This document shows, piece by piece, positions 1 to 13,660 of a DNA stretch of 64,000 nucleotides. The notes under the pieces are model-generated. The model worked only from the letters and a program-made list of their open reading frames with translations. It ran no database searches and was not told where the DNA came from. This stretch comes from Eledone cirrhosa. Its lineage: Eukaryota. How positions within the stretch are numbered: the stretch's first letter is position 1; each line of letters begins with the position of its first letter. Where the stretch lies: assembly GCA_964016885.1 (NCBI GenBank), contig OZ024740.1:376402001-376466000 (forward strand), given 5' to 3'. Position numbers and translations under genes: made by a program.

Positions 1-86
1 GTGGAGCCTAGTGATCATGAAGCTCTAGTTACGTGTTTGATCTTGCTTTTCGAATGTCAGATACATTTATGTATTCTTTTTCTTGC

Positions 87-90
<4 letters not shown>

Positions 91-157
<67 letters not shown>
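91..157. repeat. (TA)n microsatellite (one of dozens of TA/GA/CA/TG tracts in the window)
   Basis: Pure TA dinucleotide run; tracts like this produce the spurious YI-rich ORFs. Confidence 0.95.
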
Positions 158-159
<2 letters not shown>

Positions 160-2470
160 GTGTGCATGTGAATTTATCCACACTAACACATATATGTATA
201 TATGCGTGTGAGTGCGGGCTGACTTGTAATTAGAATATGCTCTAATACAGTTCATCATGCATACGTTAGTCCACCTTGTATAACAAGTAAAATGTGTCTG
301 TTATATCTTGTTTACGTTATGTGATACAAACCCTTCATTTATATACACCATTATGCCTGTACTTCCATTCTATTATGATGTATTTAATGACAGTGATGAC
401 GGTGTATTCAATTTATTGTTAGATTTTTACCTTATTATTAAAATCTGATTAATTGAATAATTCTTTGTTATTGGTATATCGATAGAATAATTGTTTTGTT
501 TTTATCATTATATATCACTTAGTATTCATGAACAATGATTTTCTATTGATGATATATTAGTGAAAGCTTTTAATTCGATTAGAAGGCTATTTACATTTTA
601 TTTTTATTTCATTTTAGAAAGTATTACCTTGTTTAAATTCAATAGACGAATAAATTATTCTAATACTTGTTGATTTAATGCGAAGACAATGAATCATTAA
701 TTAGGACGAAATAGTATTTTTACTTACGTATATCTGATCGTTCAGATTATTCTTCTTTCAGCATTTACTAGTTTTACTCATTTTCCTCTTCTATTATGCA
801 ACATAATTATTCATATAGTGCCGCCGTGTTAACGTGTTACCAAATTACATTTCCCTATGACTATGCATCTAATTACTTTACTGTATGCTGTTCATTACTA
901 TATTATTACCATCTGATTGAATTATATCGGCTACATTCGGATTCGAAACGAGAACATGTAGCGCATCTTCAGACTCTATTGTTGTTCTCTTAATCATATC
1001 TAGGAAACACGTTTGGTTTACAACCCTCCTGTGTTAGAATGTTTTTCTATGTGCAGGTGGGCTAAAGATATTTGGAAATGTTTCTTGTCATCTGACTTTG
1101 TCACACATTAGACTGTTAACGTATTTCTTCAGTTTTATTAGAACCATCTTAACTCTTCCTATTTTTGTATTTCACAAAGCTCCTTAAAATAATCTGTTCC
1201 TTTTCATCATATGCTACATTAAAGACAGCAAAGTAGTCACGCTGCAAAAGAATATTGGTAACGTAAATTGCACGAATTTAATTATTAATTTAGCTTCATA
1301 AGTCGCTTCACGTTGATGTATCAAATCTCAAATTATGGGATCATGACCTTCCTTAATGGATCTTATGATCTAGAGTATTAATAAATGCAATAACCTATTG
1401 ACAGAGTTGATAGATACACATGCATAAAATATTGTAACGTCAGTTTGATTTCATGCAAAATTAATACGTAGGATAAACCAACAATAACAATTGATTGCAA
1501 ATATCAACAATATACAATTTTCCATGACTTATTCTCTCATATAAACTATACGAACAAGCTAAAATGTTTAGCTGCTTTTTAGATTTAATTTGTAACTCGT
1601 CATATTGAGGTGTATCAATACGAACATGTACACCAATAATAGAATCCTTCATTCACACAGAAGAGCTATTTTACTCTGGGAACTATTTGCTTTTTCTGTA
1701 AAATTATTGAAAATGAAATGAAATATTCATTAAAAATAAAATATCCATTTATTTCGGCTTCTCCAGTACTTAAAACCTTTAAAATACATAAAACTTAACA
1801 CTATGCAATTTATTTTTAAATTAGGTTATACGATACAGATATTAACTGCGTTATCAATAACAGAAAGGTTATAAACATCAATACACTGCCTTCACCAAAT
1901 TGTAACCTTTTACAGAAATATATCGGAACTTAAAAGTAATTCATATCAAACAGTAGATTAACGTTACTTTATATAATTATATGTATATTAAAGTAGACAA
2001 GTTGCTTTAACGTGATGTTAGTAACCTGAAAATATCAGACATACAATAATGTCTATTAATATCCTTAGGTGTTTCGATGATTAATCTTCCTTTCCAACCG
2101 AATAATAAATTATTAGACAGTACGGACAGGAAATCTGTGTAATTTAGCAAAATCCTCTGTCAAATATAATCTCATAGTTCAAAGAGTTTGATCATAATAC
2201 GTTACTAATATGTTTATAGCCACGCCAAGATTGAAGTCAATTTCTACATCTTTTACAACACAAAATACAGCACAAATAGACATTATCTCATTTATATAAA
2301 TCGCGTGATTGCATCGAATTTTCTGCCCTATCTTATTAAAACATAATTTTACTGGAATGGACAATACTAAATAATATAATTATATTACTGTAAATATTGT
2401 ATATATATGTGTCGATACGCCTGTGTGTGAGCGTTTTATGTATATTTGTAGCAATATTTATAAATATAAT

Positions 2471-2656
2471 TGTTTCTACTTTAGGCACAAGACCAGCAAT
2501 TATCCCAGTGTATTATTGGTACTTTATTTTATCGACCCCGTAAGAATGAAAGGCAAAGTTAACCTCGGCGGGATTTGAACTCAGACCAAAAAGGGCCGTA
2601 ACTCTATGCTGCAAAGCATGGCGTCCGGCCCTCTACCGATAATGCCAATCCACCGC
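2471..2656 (-). mobile_element. tRNA-derived SINE with Nin/Deu-type central domain
   Basis: Minus strand reads GCGGTGGATTGGCA..A box..GAGTTCAAATCCCGCCGAGG (B box)..GCCTTTCATTCTTACGGGGTCGATAAAATAAAGTACC; flanked by direct repeat GCAATATTTATAAATATAAT at 2451-2470 and 2655-2674 (TSD). Confidence 0.9.
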
Positions 2657-3113
2657 AATATTTATAAATATAATGGAACCAATTACATACAGTCACAGTC
2701 ATAAATATATATATATATATATATATATTGGTAGATAGATACATACATACGTATATGAATGTTTTATAATGAGGGTGTTTAGGTGTGATTGTGAGTGAGT
2801 GTTTGTGTGTGTGCGTCTATGTATGTGTGTGTCTGTGTGTACGTCTGTCTGTGTGTGCGTGTTCCTGGACAGTTCGTATTGCAATGCAACACATTTAGAT
2901 TTAGCTGATAACATTTCATTATCGTTATGTTCGTTGCGTTCGCATGTCCTCTTTGTCGGTCCACCGTCTCCGTGTTTTTCCTACACATTCTATCTTGTAA
3001 ACGTTTTCGATAATTAGTTATAAATAACGCAATGCAGCCCTTGTACCACACTTATAATCAGGATTCGGACACACACAAAGACAGATGTATATATACATAT
3101 GTGTATATATATT

Positions 3114-3252
3114 TATCAGGATGATTTCTCCCGATAGAAACAGTTCTTGTCCTGTAGAAGCCATTTCTAGGTTAAATATTGATACTCTGCTATGTATTGA
3201 TGGGTACCTTACTTACATGCTTACCTCCGATTGAACCCGGGATAAACTTATA
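3114..3252 (+). mobile_element. PLE pseudo-LTR remnant with 5'-truncated hammerhead
   Basis: ATGA-TTTCTCCCGATA-GAAA-CAG-ttcttgtc-CTG-TA-GAAGCC; homologous to the inverted copy at 13575-13740; flanked by TA tracts. Confidence 0.65.
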
Positions 3253-3304
3253 TATATATATTAGTATTAGTGCTCTGAAATAGCGGTGTATACATGAATG
3301 TATG

Positions 3305-3523
3305 TATAGTACATTTGGCTATATACTGTATATTTAATTAAAAACATTTTGAAGACCATTCGCTATGAGTTTCAAAGTAGTGACTATGACATTTACTTAT
3401 TCTCGCAAAGCTGAGTAATTGCTGAGAATAAGTAAGTGACATAGTTACTACTTTAAAACTCATAGCGAATGGTCTTCGAAGTGTTTTTAATTAAACATAC
3501 AGTATATTGCCAAACATTACTAT
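3305..3523. repeat. Fold-back inverted repeat (arms about 100 bp)
   Basis: GAAGACCATTCGCTATGAGTTT...ACTTATTCTC mirrored by GAGAATAAGT...AAACTCATAGCGAATGGTCTTC. Confidence 0.85.
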
Positions 3524-3649
3524 ATATATATATATATATATATAGTAATAATATATAATTACTATATATATATATATATAGTAATAATATATAATTACTA
3601 TATATATATATAGTAATAATATATAATTACTATATATATATATAAATAG

Positions 3650-5335
3650 TAATAATAATAAATTTGAAGACTAAAATCCAAAGAGGGCTCGATAAGGATA
3701 AATATATATCAAATATATAAGAACCGTAGAGCAAATATTTATTAAAATAATAGATTAAAGTTTAAGCAAAGAATCGCTGCTTTCACCCTTAACGGGATCT
3801 TCTGAAACTAAGAAAAATCAATCTGTGAACGCAGAAGTAAATATTTCAAAAACGTTGCAACCGAAGGAAGATAAGAAGACGATACTTTGATTCGTGCAAA
3901 CGTTCCCTGGCAAAGAACAGAAAAAGACAAAGATAATAGATCATTATTTGGAGCGTAGAAAACAATTACACGGAAAGACAAAACCACGTTTATGGTATAA
4001 ATGAAGTCGTAGACTAATATTCTATTAGGTGGTTCGTGGAGACGTTCTCTGGCAATGAATGGAAAAAACGAAGATAATAGGTCATTAAGTGCAGCGTTGA
4101 GAACAATTACACGCAAAGACAAAATTCTATTAGGAAACCGAATGATTCCCGGCTTCAGAGTTAAGAATAAAGAAAATAAATTACAGAGGTAAATGAAATT
4201 AAATATATACATGCACGCAACCATACACGTACATAGATAAGCATACGCGAAAACACCCGCAATGCGTATGCCAATACAAGCACGTACACAACAAAAAAAC
4301 AAAAAAAACACACGCCCGCACATACAGACCCCACGCAAAGCCTGTACCCGCACGCATACGAACGTATACACCAAATACACATAAGAATATATATTTAAAA
4401 AAATATATATATGCGTGTGTGAGTGTGCGTGTATACATATAATTATATAAACGTATAGAAATATACACACATAAATACGTATAAACGCGCTCACACACAT
4501 ACCAACTGTAAATACACATATGTACGCAGACGTACGTCAACCTAACACAAAGTACACATATACACACACCCTACATACGTATGTACCCACATACTCACAC
4601 AGACGCAAAACTCACTTATACGCATAACCATATGCACATGTACCAGTATATATAATATATACGCCATAACATATACAAACAAATATACGTGCGAGAAAGT
4701 ATACGTACCTTCACAAAACATACAGGTAAAATATACTAACCTATAAAAATAGGCAATGGTATAAACATAACATATACTTAGCTACCACATCAAGGCGTAA
4801 AATATCCGCGTATAGTTCGTACTATCCGATAGAGAATAATGTGGTGCTGTAATACAGGAAAGTTTTGTGCAATTTATGTTTACAAGCCGAAAATGCCTCC
4901 TACGACTTCAGTTATACCATTTAGGTGTAATTGTTACTCATCGCTCCACATAATGACGTATTATTTTCGTTTTTTCCGTTCATTGCCAGAGAACGTCTCC
5001 ACGAACCACCTAATAGAATATTAGTCTACGACTTAATTTATACCATAAACGTGGTTTTGTCTTTGTGTGTAATTGTTTTTAACGCTCCAAATAATGACGT
5101 ATTATCTTTGTCTTAATCCGGTGGATTGGCAGTATCGGTAGAGGGTCGGACGCCATGCTTTCCAGCATAGTTACGTCCCTTTACGATCTGAGTTCAAATC
5201 CCGCCGAGGTTGACTTTGCCTTTCATCCTTACGGGGTCGATAAAATAAAGTACCAGTAATGCACTGGGTAATTGCTGGCCTTGTGCCAAAAAGTAGAAAC
5301 AATTATCTTTGTCTTAATTCGTTCTTTGCCAGGGA
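3650..5335 (-). mobile_element. Non-autonomous PLE-like element (family also at 32698-32892 and 57437-58282) with internal inverted duplication
   Basis: About 800 bp collinear with 57437-58255; 3900-4125 recurs inverted at about 4925-5335 (split by a SINE); hammerhead-like motif at 3759-3809 followed by AATAAA on the minus strand. Confidence 0.65.
5119..5301 (+). mobile_element. Nin-domain tRNA SINE
   Basis: A/B boxes and Nin domain; TSD ATTATCTTTGTCTTAAT at 5101-5117 and 5302-5318. Confidence 0.92.
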
Positions 5336-5754
5336 AGTAACAGCCGTACTAAGAGTGGGAAATGAAATTTCGTTTTCATTTTTTCCGTTCATCGTTTTCG
5401 GTGCACCCTGCCGATTAACCCACTCGATATGCAAATTGGGCTACTCAGCCGTTAATATGCATAAGGAAAGTATATACTTTCGGACGTTCACTCATCTGGC
5501 CGGAAGGTATACGTTGCTGACGATAGCTAACAAGCTTGATACTAGTACAGCGTTCCTTTGTCAGTGTTGAACAAACGAGCAACGGTGGTTGCTAGACACT
5601 ACAGCTTAATACGGGATGTTTGTTTACAAACAAACCGAGCATTATAATAAATGTTCGGTGAATCCATACGTACATATATATATGTGTGCATGTATGTATA
5701 TATATATACATACTACTGTACGTCTGTATACATATATGTATGTACGTATACATA

Positions 5755-5829
<75 letters not shown>

Positions 5830-5868
5830 AAACAACGCAGTCAAAACTCGCGTTTATCCCTGTAATAT

Positions 5869-6056
5869 AATTGTTTCTACTTTTGGCACAAGGCCAGTAA
5901 TTATCCAGTACATTACTGGTACTTTATTTTGTCGACACTGTAAGGGTGAAAGGCAAAATTAACCTCAGCGGGATTTGAACTCAGAATGGCAAGGGCCGTA
6001 ACTCTATACGTCAAAGCATGGCGTCCGACCCTCTACCGACACTGCCAATCTACCGC
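5869..6056 (-). mobile_element. Nin-domain tRNA SINE
   Basis: Same consensus; CCCTGTAAT direct repeat on both flanks. Confidence 0.9.
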
Positions 6057-6541
6057 CCTGTAATTTAATGAGCTCAAGGAAGAGTCCCGGGCTCTCCATA
6101 ATACAATATAGAGAGGAGAAATCACTAAAGTGTGTGTTTTGAATTACAGGCGGTAGAAAGCCACTAGAGTGAAAAACATAAAAACTACGAAAATTATTGA
6201 AAATATATTATAATGAAAGACATATGTTGAAATGCATAAACCCACCTTTATAACTAAAAAAAACACTTGTACAGACTCAAGGGAATGTTCCGCCATTAAC
6301 ACTGTAAGAATCATATCAACGCAGTGTTCATCAGCAGGTATAAAGAAGATATGTTCCACACTTCTAAATAGGCATAAGATAACTAACGTGCATGGAGAGA
6401 GAAGGAAAATATGTGCGCCAGACAGTACATAGTGGTTTGAATGGATAAAAAATACCGCTAGTAATGGCAGCTTATAACCATTCAACTTAAAAGGTTCAAT
6501 AAACAGAGAAATTAGTTTGGAGCTCAGGTTACTAGTTATCA

Positions 6542-6742
6542 TGGCAGTATCGGTATTGTGTCGGATGCCATGCTTTGCATATTTGCCCTTTAATATCTGA
6601 GTTCAAATCACGCCAAGGTTAACTTTAATCGATCCTTACGGGGTCGATAAAATAAAGTACCAGTCACACACTGGAGTCGATTTAATCGACTTTCCCCTCG
6701 GCGAAAATTGCTGGCCTTGTGCCTATTTAAGAAACCATTATT
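6542..6742 (+). mobile_element. Nin-domain tRNA SINE (diverged, longer 3' variant)
   Basis: TGGCAGTATCGG...GAGTTCAAATC...CCTTACGGGGTCGATAAAATAAAGTACCAGT. Confidence 0.85.
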
Positions 6743-7053
6743 TAGTAGTGGTAGTAGTAGGTGTAGCAGATTTCATTAACATACCTGTTTATGTTGATAC
6801 TTATTTTATGAATGCTGCTGAAATGATATCCAATCTTGAACTTATATTGATTTGCAGTTTGAACAAAACATCCAATAAGAAAAAGAAAATTTGCAAAGCA
6901 TTTAATACTATAAAATTATAAAATTATACTATAAAATTATAATGAAAACTCTTTCATGATTTACATTTCAGTTATCCTACTCATTATTCATAACCTCAGG
7001 TAAATCAGAAGAAAATTATTTCCAAAGAGTGCATCATGCTAAAATTGTGAAAT

Positions 7054-7218
7054 AATTGTTTCTACTTTAGGCACAAGGCCAACAAATTAACCAGTGCATT
7101 ACTGGTACTTTATTTTATCGACCCCGTAAGGATGAAAGGCAAAGTCAACCTCGGCGGGATTTGAACTCAGATCGTAAAGGGACGTAACTATGCTGGAAAT
7201 CATGGCGTCCGACCCTCT
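7054..7218 (-). mobile_element. Nin-domain tRNA SINE, 5'-truncated
   Basis: Matches the SINE consensus and lacks the A-box head. Confidence 0.88.
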
Positions 7219-7402
7219 GAAATAATGATCCTGCATATTCACTTCAACCAGGTGATTTGATATTCAAGATTTAATAGTAGGGACGACCGGCAATTAATAA
7301 CATTTTCACATGTTTTCTCTGCTTTCCACATCGAACTTGAAAATTATCTTGACAGATATATGACAGTAAACAGAGGGTATTCATTTTATATAGGAATATA
7401 AT

Positions 7403-7585
7403 TGTTTCTACTTTTTTGGCACACTGCCAGCAATTATCCAGTGTATTACTGGTACTTTATTTTATCAACCCCGTAAGGATGAAAGGCAAAGCTAACCTCG
7501 GCAGGATTTGAACTCAGAATGACCGTAACTCAATGCGTCAAAGCATACCGCCCGACCCTCTATCGATACTGCCAATCCACCGCCC
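7403..7585 (-). mobile_element. Nin-domain tRNA SINE
   Basis: Full head; TSD TTTTATATAGGAATATAAT at 7384-7402 and 7586-7604. Confidence 0.92.
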
Positions 7586-8419
7586 TTTTATATAGGAATA
7601 TAATGACATGCTGAGATGCTATAATTTCAGTTAAAATAATGTATATAATTCAATGAAAAGAAAGCAGCTAAGAAGGGTGAACAATGTTTAGAAAACCATG
7701 CACATAAATAACAAAATTCAGTAATACTAGTAACAAATTATCAAATATAGCTTAATGTCGATTTCAAGATTTTAGTTCGAGTATGATATCGAAAATAGCT
7801 ACAATTTAGTGTGTTATTTCGAGAGTAAAATGAAAATTGTAGTCATTTATTAAAACTTTCTTCAATGATAGTAATTATGGGAAATAGGTGACAAGGAGAA
7901 GCCAAGTGGGGGTACTAACGTACGCTGATTAGAGAACAACTGCAATGAAAATGGATTTGTACATGCATTCCTTTGTCGGTTAATAATATTACTTGTAAGT
8001 GAAGCAAGAAACAACATTTGTAGAATTTTACTTATATGATAATAGTTCCTTTAAAGTGTTTAATATGAAAATGTATACTTAGTAATACCCCTAATGATAA
8101 CAAAAGTCTCATAACATGGTCAATCAATGATTTCAAAATTTAGCGCGTTTACTTTTTATAGATATATTGATTCTCTTAAACGTATCATGCATTTAACAAC
8201 TGCAGTAATCAAAATATTCAATTTCATTGTGCCAAAAGCTTGATAATCCAATAGACAATATTGGTGTAAAACTTCCAGAAATGGGAATATGCGCTGGAAT
8301 TTATATCACATGAATTGCTGGATGTGGATGTCACGTTATCATTCTTTGTATCATTGTCTGGGTAAAACATTCTTTTAAAATAATTTTAAATCTAGTATAT
8401 AATTTGCCTCTAAGTTCTG

Positions 8420-8950
8420 TCCATGGATTCTTTCCTGGAACATTCTAATCTTATGACCATAGTATCGGAGCTGTACTATCTTACTTCTAAGATGTAGCGG
8501 CTCTAGCTGGAGTGACTCGCTGGTCTCCGGGCTATGCACACTGTCGAGTAACGTTACTGTAAAGACCTTTCCAAGAAACCTCACTTCGGCAGTTTGTATT
8601 CGCGATTGTATTCGTGTCTGACAACGAGATACAGGGAGATTTCGAGAGTCAAAGCTAGCTGATGAATAGTGTGGTTTTCGGATAAATAGTACTAAATTCA
8701 ATCGGTTCAATGTCGGAATCGGACTGACACTACCAGGGGTGCTTACTGTCAACCCACCTGTTCATTATTTCATATGAACAGGATTGACATGCGCAGCCGA
8801 GTTGGAAGTTGTATCACGACTGATGGGTGTAAAATCACTCGGCTGTATTTTGCAGACATGGTGTTACCTTAATTGACAGGCGGGGATCTCCCACTTGCAC
8901 TTGGTAGGTTTGATGCCGATTGCTGCTATGGCTGGAATGAAAATCAGCGC
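8420..8950. pseudogene. Rearranged RTE-type LINE fragments (C-terminal part on the minus strand, RT core piece on the plus strand)
   Basis: Minus: AEVRFLGKVFTVTLLDSV...QLRYYGH (RTE C-terminal pattern); plus: LYFAD...DLPLALGRFDADC...GMKISAAK. Confidence 0.6.
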
Positions 8951-8957
8951 TGCAAAG

Positions 8958-9190
8958 AATATTTCAAATCATCCACGACGATTCTGGATTCCATGAAGTC
9001 TGTGCTTGATGGGTGCCAAGAGAGCTTACCACAGAACACAAGCGAAAACGTGTTGAAGTCTGTTAACATTTACATGGAGGCTGCAGCAAAGAAGGCGAAA
9101 AATGTTTGAGCAGAATAGTCACAGTAGATGAAACTATGAGTCAGAATCTAAAAGACAGAGTTTGAAGTGGAAACCTCCTGGTGCACACCG
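8958..9190 (+). pseudogene. mariner (Tc1/mariner) transposase fragment
   Basis: Hand translation: FQIIHDD..FHEVCA*WVPRELTTEHKRKRVEVC...LSRIVTVDET...ESKRQSLKW; contains the WVPxEL and IVTxDET mariner motifs, with stops. Confidence 0.8.
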
Positions 9191-9309
9191 GTAACTGAGT
9201 GGCCGTTTTTACACTCTAACAGCGGCAAATAAACTGGCGCGATCCCACTCAAACTTCGATCAAGTAACCACAACTGTACCAACTATGAGCACACATTAGC
9301 AGAAGGAGT

Positions 9310-9625
9310 AAAACTTAATCAGAATTAAATTAGATTAAATCATATAACTGATTCGCAAAGGTCTCCTTTAACGTAACAGGGATATTCATTCCAGCTATAT
9401 TAATCTCATCAGAATCCATTAAATAACATTAATATTTACCAACATAATGTAAACAAATTCAAAATACTTGTGGTCGCCTTATGGAAATGTGTTGGTAAAT
9501 ATTGATTTTATTTAATAGATTCTTAGGATATTAATATAACAGAAAATAATATACCTGTTGTGTTAATTGGGACGTTCGTCTATCAATTAAATATCTTACT
9601 TTAATTTAATCCTGTTATGTTTTAT
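9310..9625. repeat. Degenerate fold-back inverted repeat
   Basis: ATTAAATAACATTAATATTTACCAACAT mirrored by ATGTTGGTAAATATTGATTTTATTTAAT; weaker symmetry extends outward. Confidence 0.65.
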
Positions 9626-9627
9626 TA

Positions 9628-9674
<47 letters not shown>

Positions 9675-10076
9675 GTTATGCAAGAAATGCTTAGGATTAT
9701 ACTGAATGCAGTAATGGTTAATTCCTACACTAGATAGAGTTGACGTACGGTGAGTGGTCACTCAACGAGTTATGAGTTAAAGTAACTCGGTTTCCTATTC
9801 TTCTGTATTCCGGAGTGTAGATAAAGAATGAATAATAAAAGAGGTAGACATCATAAAAAGGTAATTTATTCCCAGTGCTTACAAATGTTTCTTTAGTAGT
9901 TACACAGCCTAGTCATACTATGTGCAAATTGATAGTTATTTATTTGCAGATACTCAATTTTCAAATGCTGTTCATCCTACCATGTCTTCAGAGCAAATGG
10001 CTAAAGTGTAAATTCCCTTGTATTTCTTAAAGGGAGTTATTGGGGAAGATAGAGTAGAAAAGGAAGAGAGAAAGAA

Positions 10077-10183
<107 letters not shown>

Positions 10184-10419
10184 GAGAGGGACAGAGAGAG
10201 AGAAACAGATATGTAGGGTCGGAGAAATGGGAGAGAGTGGTTTGAAGAATACAGATAGATTATCTAAATGTTGTGATGGGGGTCTAACAAGTGGTTTTAT
10301 TATTCTGCTTACTCTCAAAGTGACAGCTTAGGCATTGTGTTGATATTGTCAAGTTTGGTATTATTTATTGTCACAGAGAGCATGTTGATAGATGTGGGGA
10401 AGGAGGGAGATAGACAGAG

Positions 10420-10487
<68 letters not shown>

Positions 10488-10724
10488 CAGGAGAGAGAGA
10501 AAGAGAGAGAGGAGACAGAAAAAAGTTAAGAGAAGGGGAAGGAAAGATGATATACACCGAGTTCGTAGTTGTAGTTTGCTGATCGCACTTAAGCATCCAT
10601 TTATAACGATAAGCAAGATACTGGCATGTAGTGTGTGTGTGTGGGGGGCGGGGGGTATAGTTAGGAAGTAGTTATTGAGTGAAATTAGTTAGCGGGAAAG
10701 TCGTGTAGTAGTCTCGGGTTTATA

Positions 10725-12467
10725 TTATGTTAAGTTACTTTTATAGTGTGAAAATTTAGCTTTCAGTTTGAGGTTGCAGTATAACGATCGTTCGATTCTG
10801 TCATTTAGAAAGTTGTTTTTAGATTTCAACATATAAAAGAGTTCAAGGTTGCATAATCTGCAGTACTTCAATCCACTTCGATATGCACTAGCGCTGGATA
10901 ATTTATCCCATTTTAAGGTGAACTGCCGGTTGTATTCACGGAGTTGCAAGGTCTTATTGGCGAGCGTGGTTACATAACGGTGTTCAGGATGTTTAATCGA
11001 AAATCGATGACGATACCAGCGTGATTTAAAGGAGGTAGTGGTAGACCCGACGTAATACCATTTCTGGTCGTTTGATTCGACAGTGCATTGATAAACAGTG
11101 TTGGACTCTAGGCATTTATTCTTCAAGGGGCATCTTTCGGGTAGGTGGAAGTTGCAGTTTTTGTAATGGGTAACAGCTGCACCATGGATAGGTTGGGATA
11201 GCAGTACAGGTGGGTTGTGTAATACTCGTCTCCCATTTGGTGGTTGGGAGGCTGATATTACGTTATGCCCATCTGTTTCAAAAATATTTTGTTTTGTAGT
11301 GTTGTTTAATAATCGCTTTAAGTTAAGTTTTTTTATGTATGCTTCTAGGTTTGGTACAGTGGAGTATGATAGCTTAACAGTCTTAGAGTTTAGAATTTTA
11401 CTGTATTTATGGGAATTAGGGAAATGATTGTTAATTAACTTAAAAAATGAAAGAGATAGTTTCGTACTAATCGAAGCATTAAAAATGGGATTATACCCGA
11501 TATACTTTATGCAACATAATTTATTTGAGTTTGGTGATGATTTTCAATTATTAGTATGTCTGGTCGTACTGCGTGTGTGCGCTTGTATTTCTGTTCCCCG
11601 GTTACATATTCTTCGATTTCGTGTGTTGCTATGTGTGCTCTGCTGATTCCTATCAATGTATTCTATTTTATCCCGGAGGTCTGCATTACTTAATGCGTTA
11701 TTATAGTATTCTGCATGTTCACTGAAAATCTGAGAGTTAGACGATAGGCGAGAGATTCTGAGAGAAATACTACAAGGAACTGATTTGATCATGGGAAGTG
11801 GCTGATTCGAGTTAAAATTAATATAGGTAAGGTTCTCGTTTATCTTGTGGAAGGGTCGTATCAGTCCAGTATTCACATTAAGAGTTACGTCTAGAAAATT
11901 CACTACTTTAATATTGTATTCGTACGTTATTTTCAGACCCAGTTCGCTAAAAGATTTCCTAATGTTTTTTTCCGTAGCCTTTCAAGATTTTGGTTGTTTA
12001 AGTTATTAACTAATAGAAGCGCGTCTTCTCTATATATTCCGCCCTGTATATTATTACATTTTCCATGTAGTATGTGGGCTATGTAAATTCCCACAAGATC
12101 CGTGACCTCCGCTGAATCATTGGAGCCCATGGTAATGTCGAATTTGGTGGGTCTATACTTACGCTCCTAGTAGCAGTTATCAAACTTAATAATAGTTTTC
12201 CTAGCCTCTAGAATAATAATAATTTCGTCCTGCGTTAGGTCGGAATTGATCTTGGCAAATGATAGGGCTTTACGTAAAGTACTGGGTGAGATTGAAGAGT
12301 AGTATTCGTCTATATCGAATTGTATAAACTTAGACTTACTCTTAACGTTATTAAACCAGCGAATTACTTCGCTAGTGTTGCCCCGTAATTTAATTTCTAT
12401 TTTCTTTTTCAATTGAGTTATTACCCTGTCAAGTATATGTTTGCTAATTTTTCCTATGTCTGATTTA
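10725..12467 (-). pseudogene. Naiad-type PLE RT + GIY-YIG endonuclease (frameshifted)
   Basis: FIQFDIDEYYSSI; MGSNDSAEVTDLVG...GIYRED (degenerate YRDD); NFLDVTLN; CPLKNKC; VYQC...YYVGSTTTSFKSRWYRH...CRLCNLE. Confidence 0.9.
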
Positions 12468-13186
12468 TACAACCGGCAGTTCACCTTAAAATGGGATAAA
12501 TTATCCAGCGCTAGTGCATATCGGAGTGGATTGAAGTACTGCAGATTATACAAACTTGAACTCTTTTATATGTTGAAATCTAAAAACAACTTTCTAAATG
12601 ACAGAATCGAACGATCGTTATACTGCAACCTCTAACTGAATGCTAAATTTTCACACTATAAAAGTAACTTAACATAATATAAACCCGAGACTACTACACG
12701 ACTTTCTCGCTAACAATTTCACTCAATAACTACTTCCTAACTATAACCCCCCCCCCCTACACACACACACTACATGCCAGTATCTTGCTTATCGCTATAA
12801 ATGGATGCTTAAGTGCGATCAGCAAACTACAACTACGAACTCGGTGTATATCACCTTTCCTTACCCTTCTCTTAACTTTTTTTCTGTGCCCTCTCTCTCT
12901 TTCTCTATCTCCTGTTCTCTTTTTCTCTCTCTCTCGCTCTCTGTCTATCTCCCTCGTTCCCCACATCTATCAACCTGCTCTCTGTGGCAATAAATAATAC
13001 CAAACTTGACAATATCAACACAATGCCTAAGTTGTCACTTTGAGAGTAAGCAGAATAATAAAACCACTTGTTGGACCCCTATCGCAACATTTAGATTAAG
13101 CTATCTGTATTCTTCAAACCACTCTCTCCCATTTCTCCGACCCCTACATATCTGTCTCTCTCTCTGTCTCTCTCTTTCTCTCTCTG

Positions 13187-13295
<109 letters not shown>

Positions 13296-13373
13296 TTCTT
13301 TCTCTCTTCCTTTTCTACTCTATCTTCCCCAATAACTCCCTTTAGGAAATACAAGGGAATTTACACTTTAGCC

Positions 13374-13430
13374 ATTTGCTCTGAAGACATGGTAGGAAGT
13401 ACAGCATTTGAAAATTGAGTATCTGCAAAT
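13374..13430 (+). ncRNA. Degenerate hammerhead-like motif in the Naiad 3' region (mirror copy at 9942-9998, minus)
   Basis: ATTTGC-t-CTGAAGA-...-GAAA-...-ATC-TGCAAAT; stems II and III pair poorly. Confidence 0.4.
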
Positions 13431-13660
13431 AAATAACTATCAATTTGCACATGGCATGACTAGGCTGTGTAACTACTAAAGAAACAATTGTAAGCACTCC
13501 GAATAAAATACCTTTTTATGAGGTATACCTGTTTTATTATTCATTCTTTACATATATATATGTATATATACATATAAGTTTATCCCGGCTTCAATCGGGG
13601 TAGACCAAAGTAAGTAAGGTACTCAATACAAAGCAGAATATAAATATTAAATATAGAAAA

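Noticed and set aside
5119-5210. tRNA gene
   Set aside because: A/B boxes belong to the SINE head; no cloverleaf, and it continues into the Nin domain
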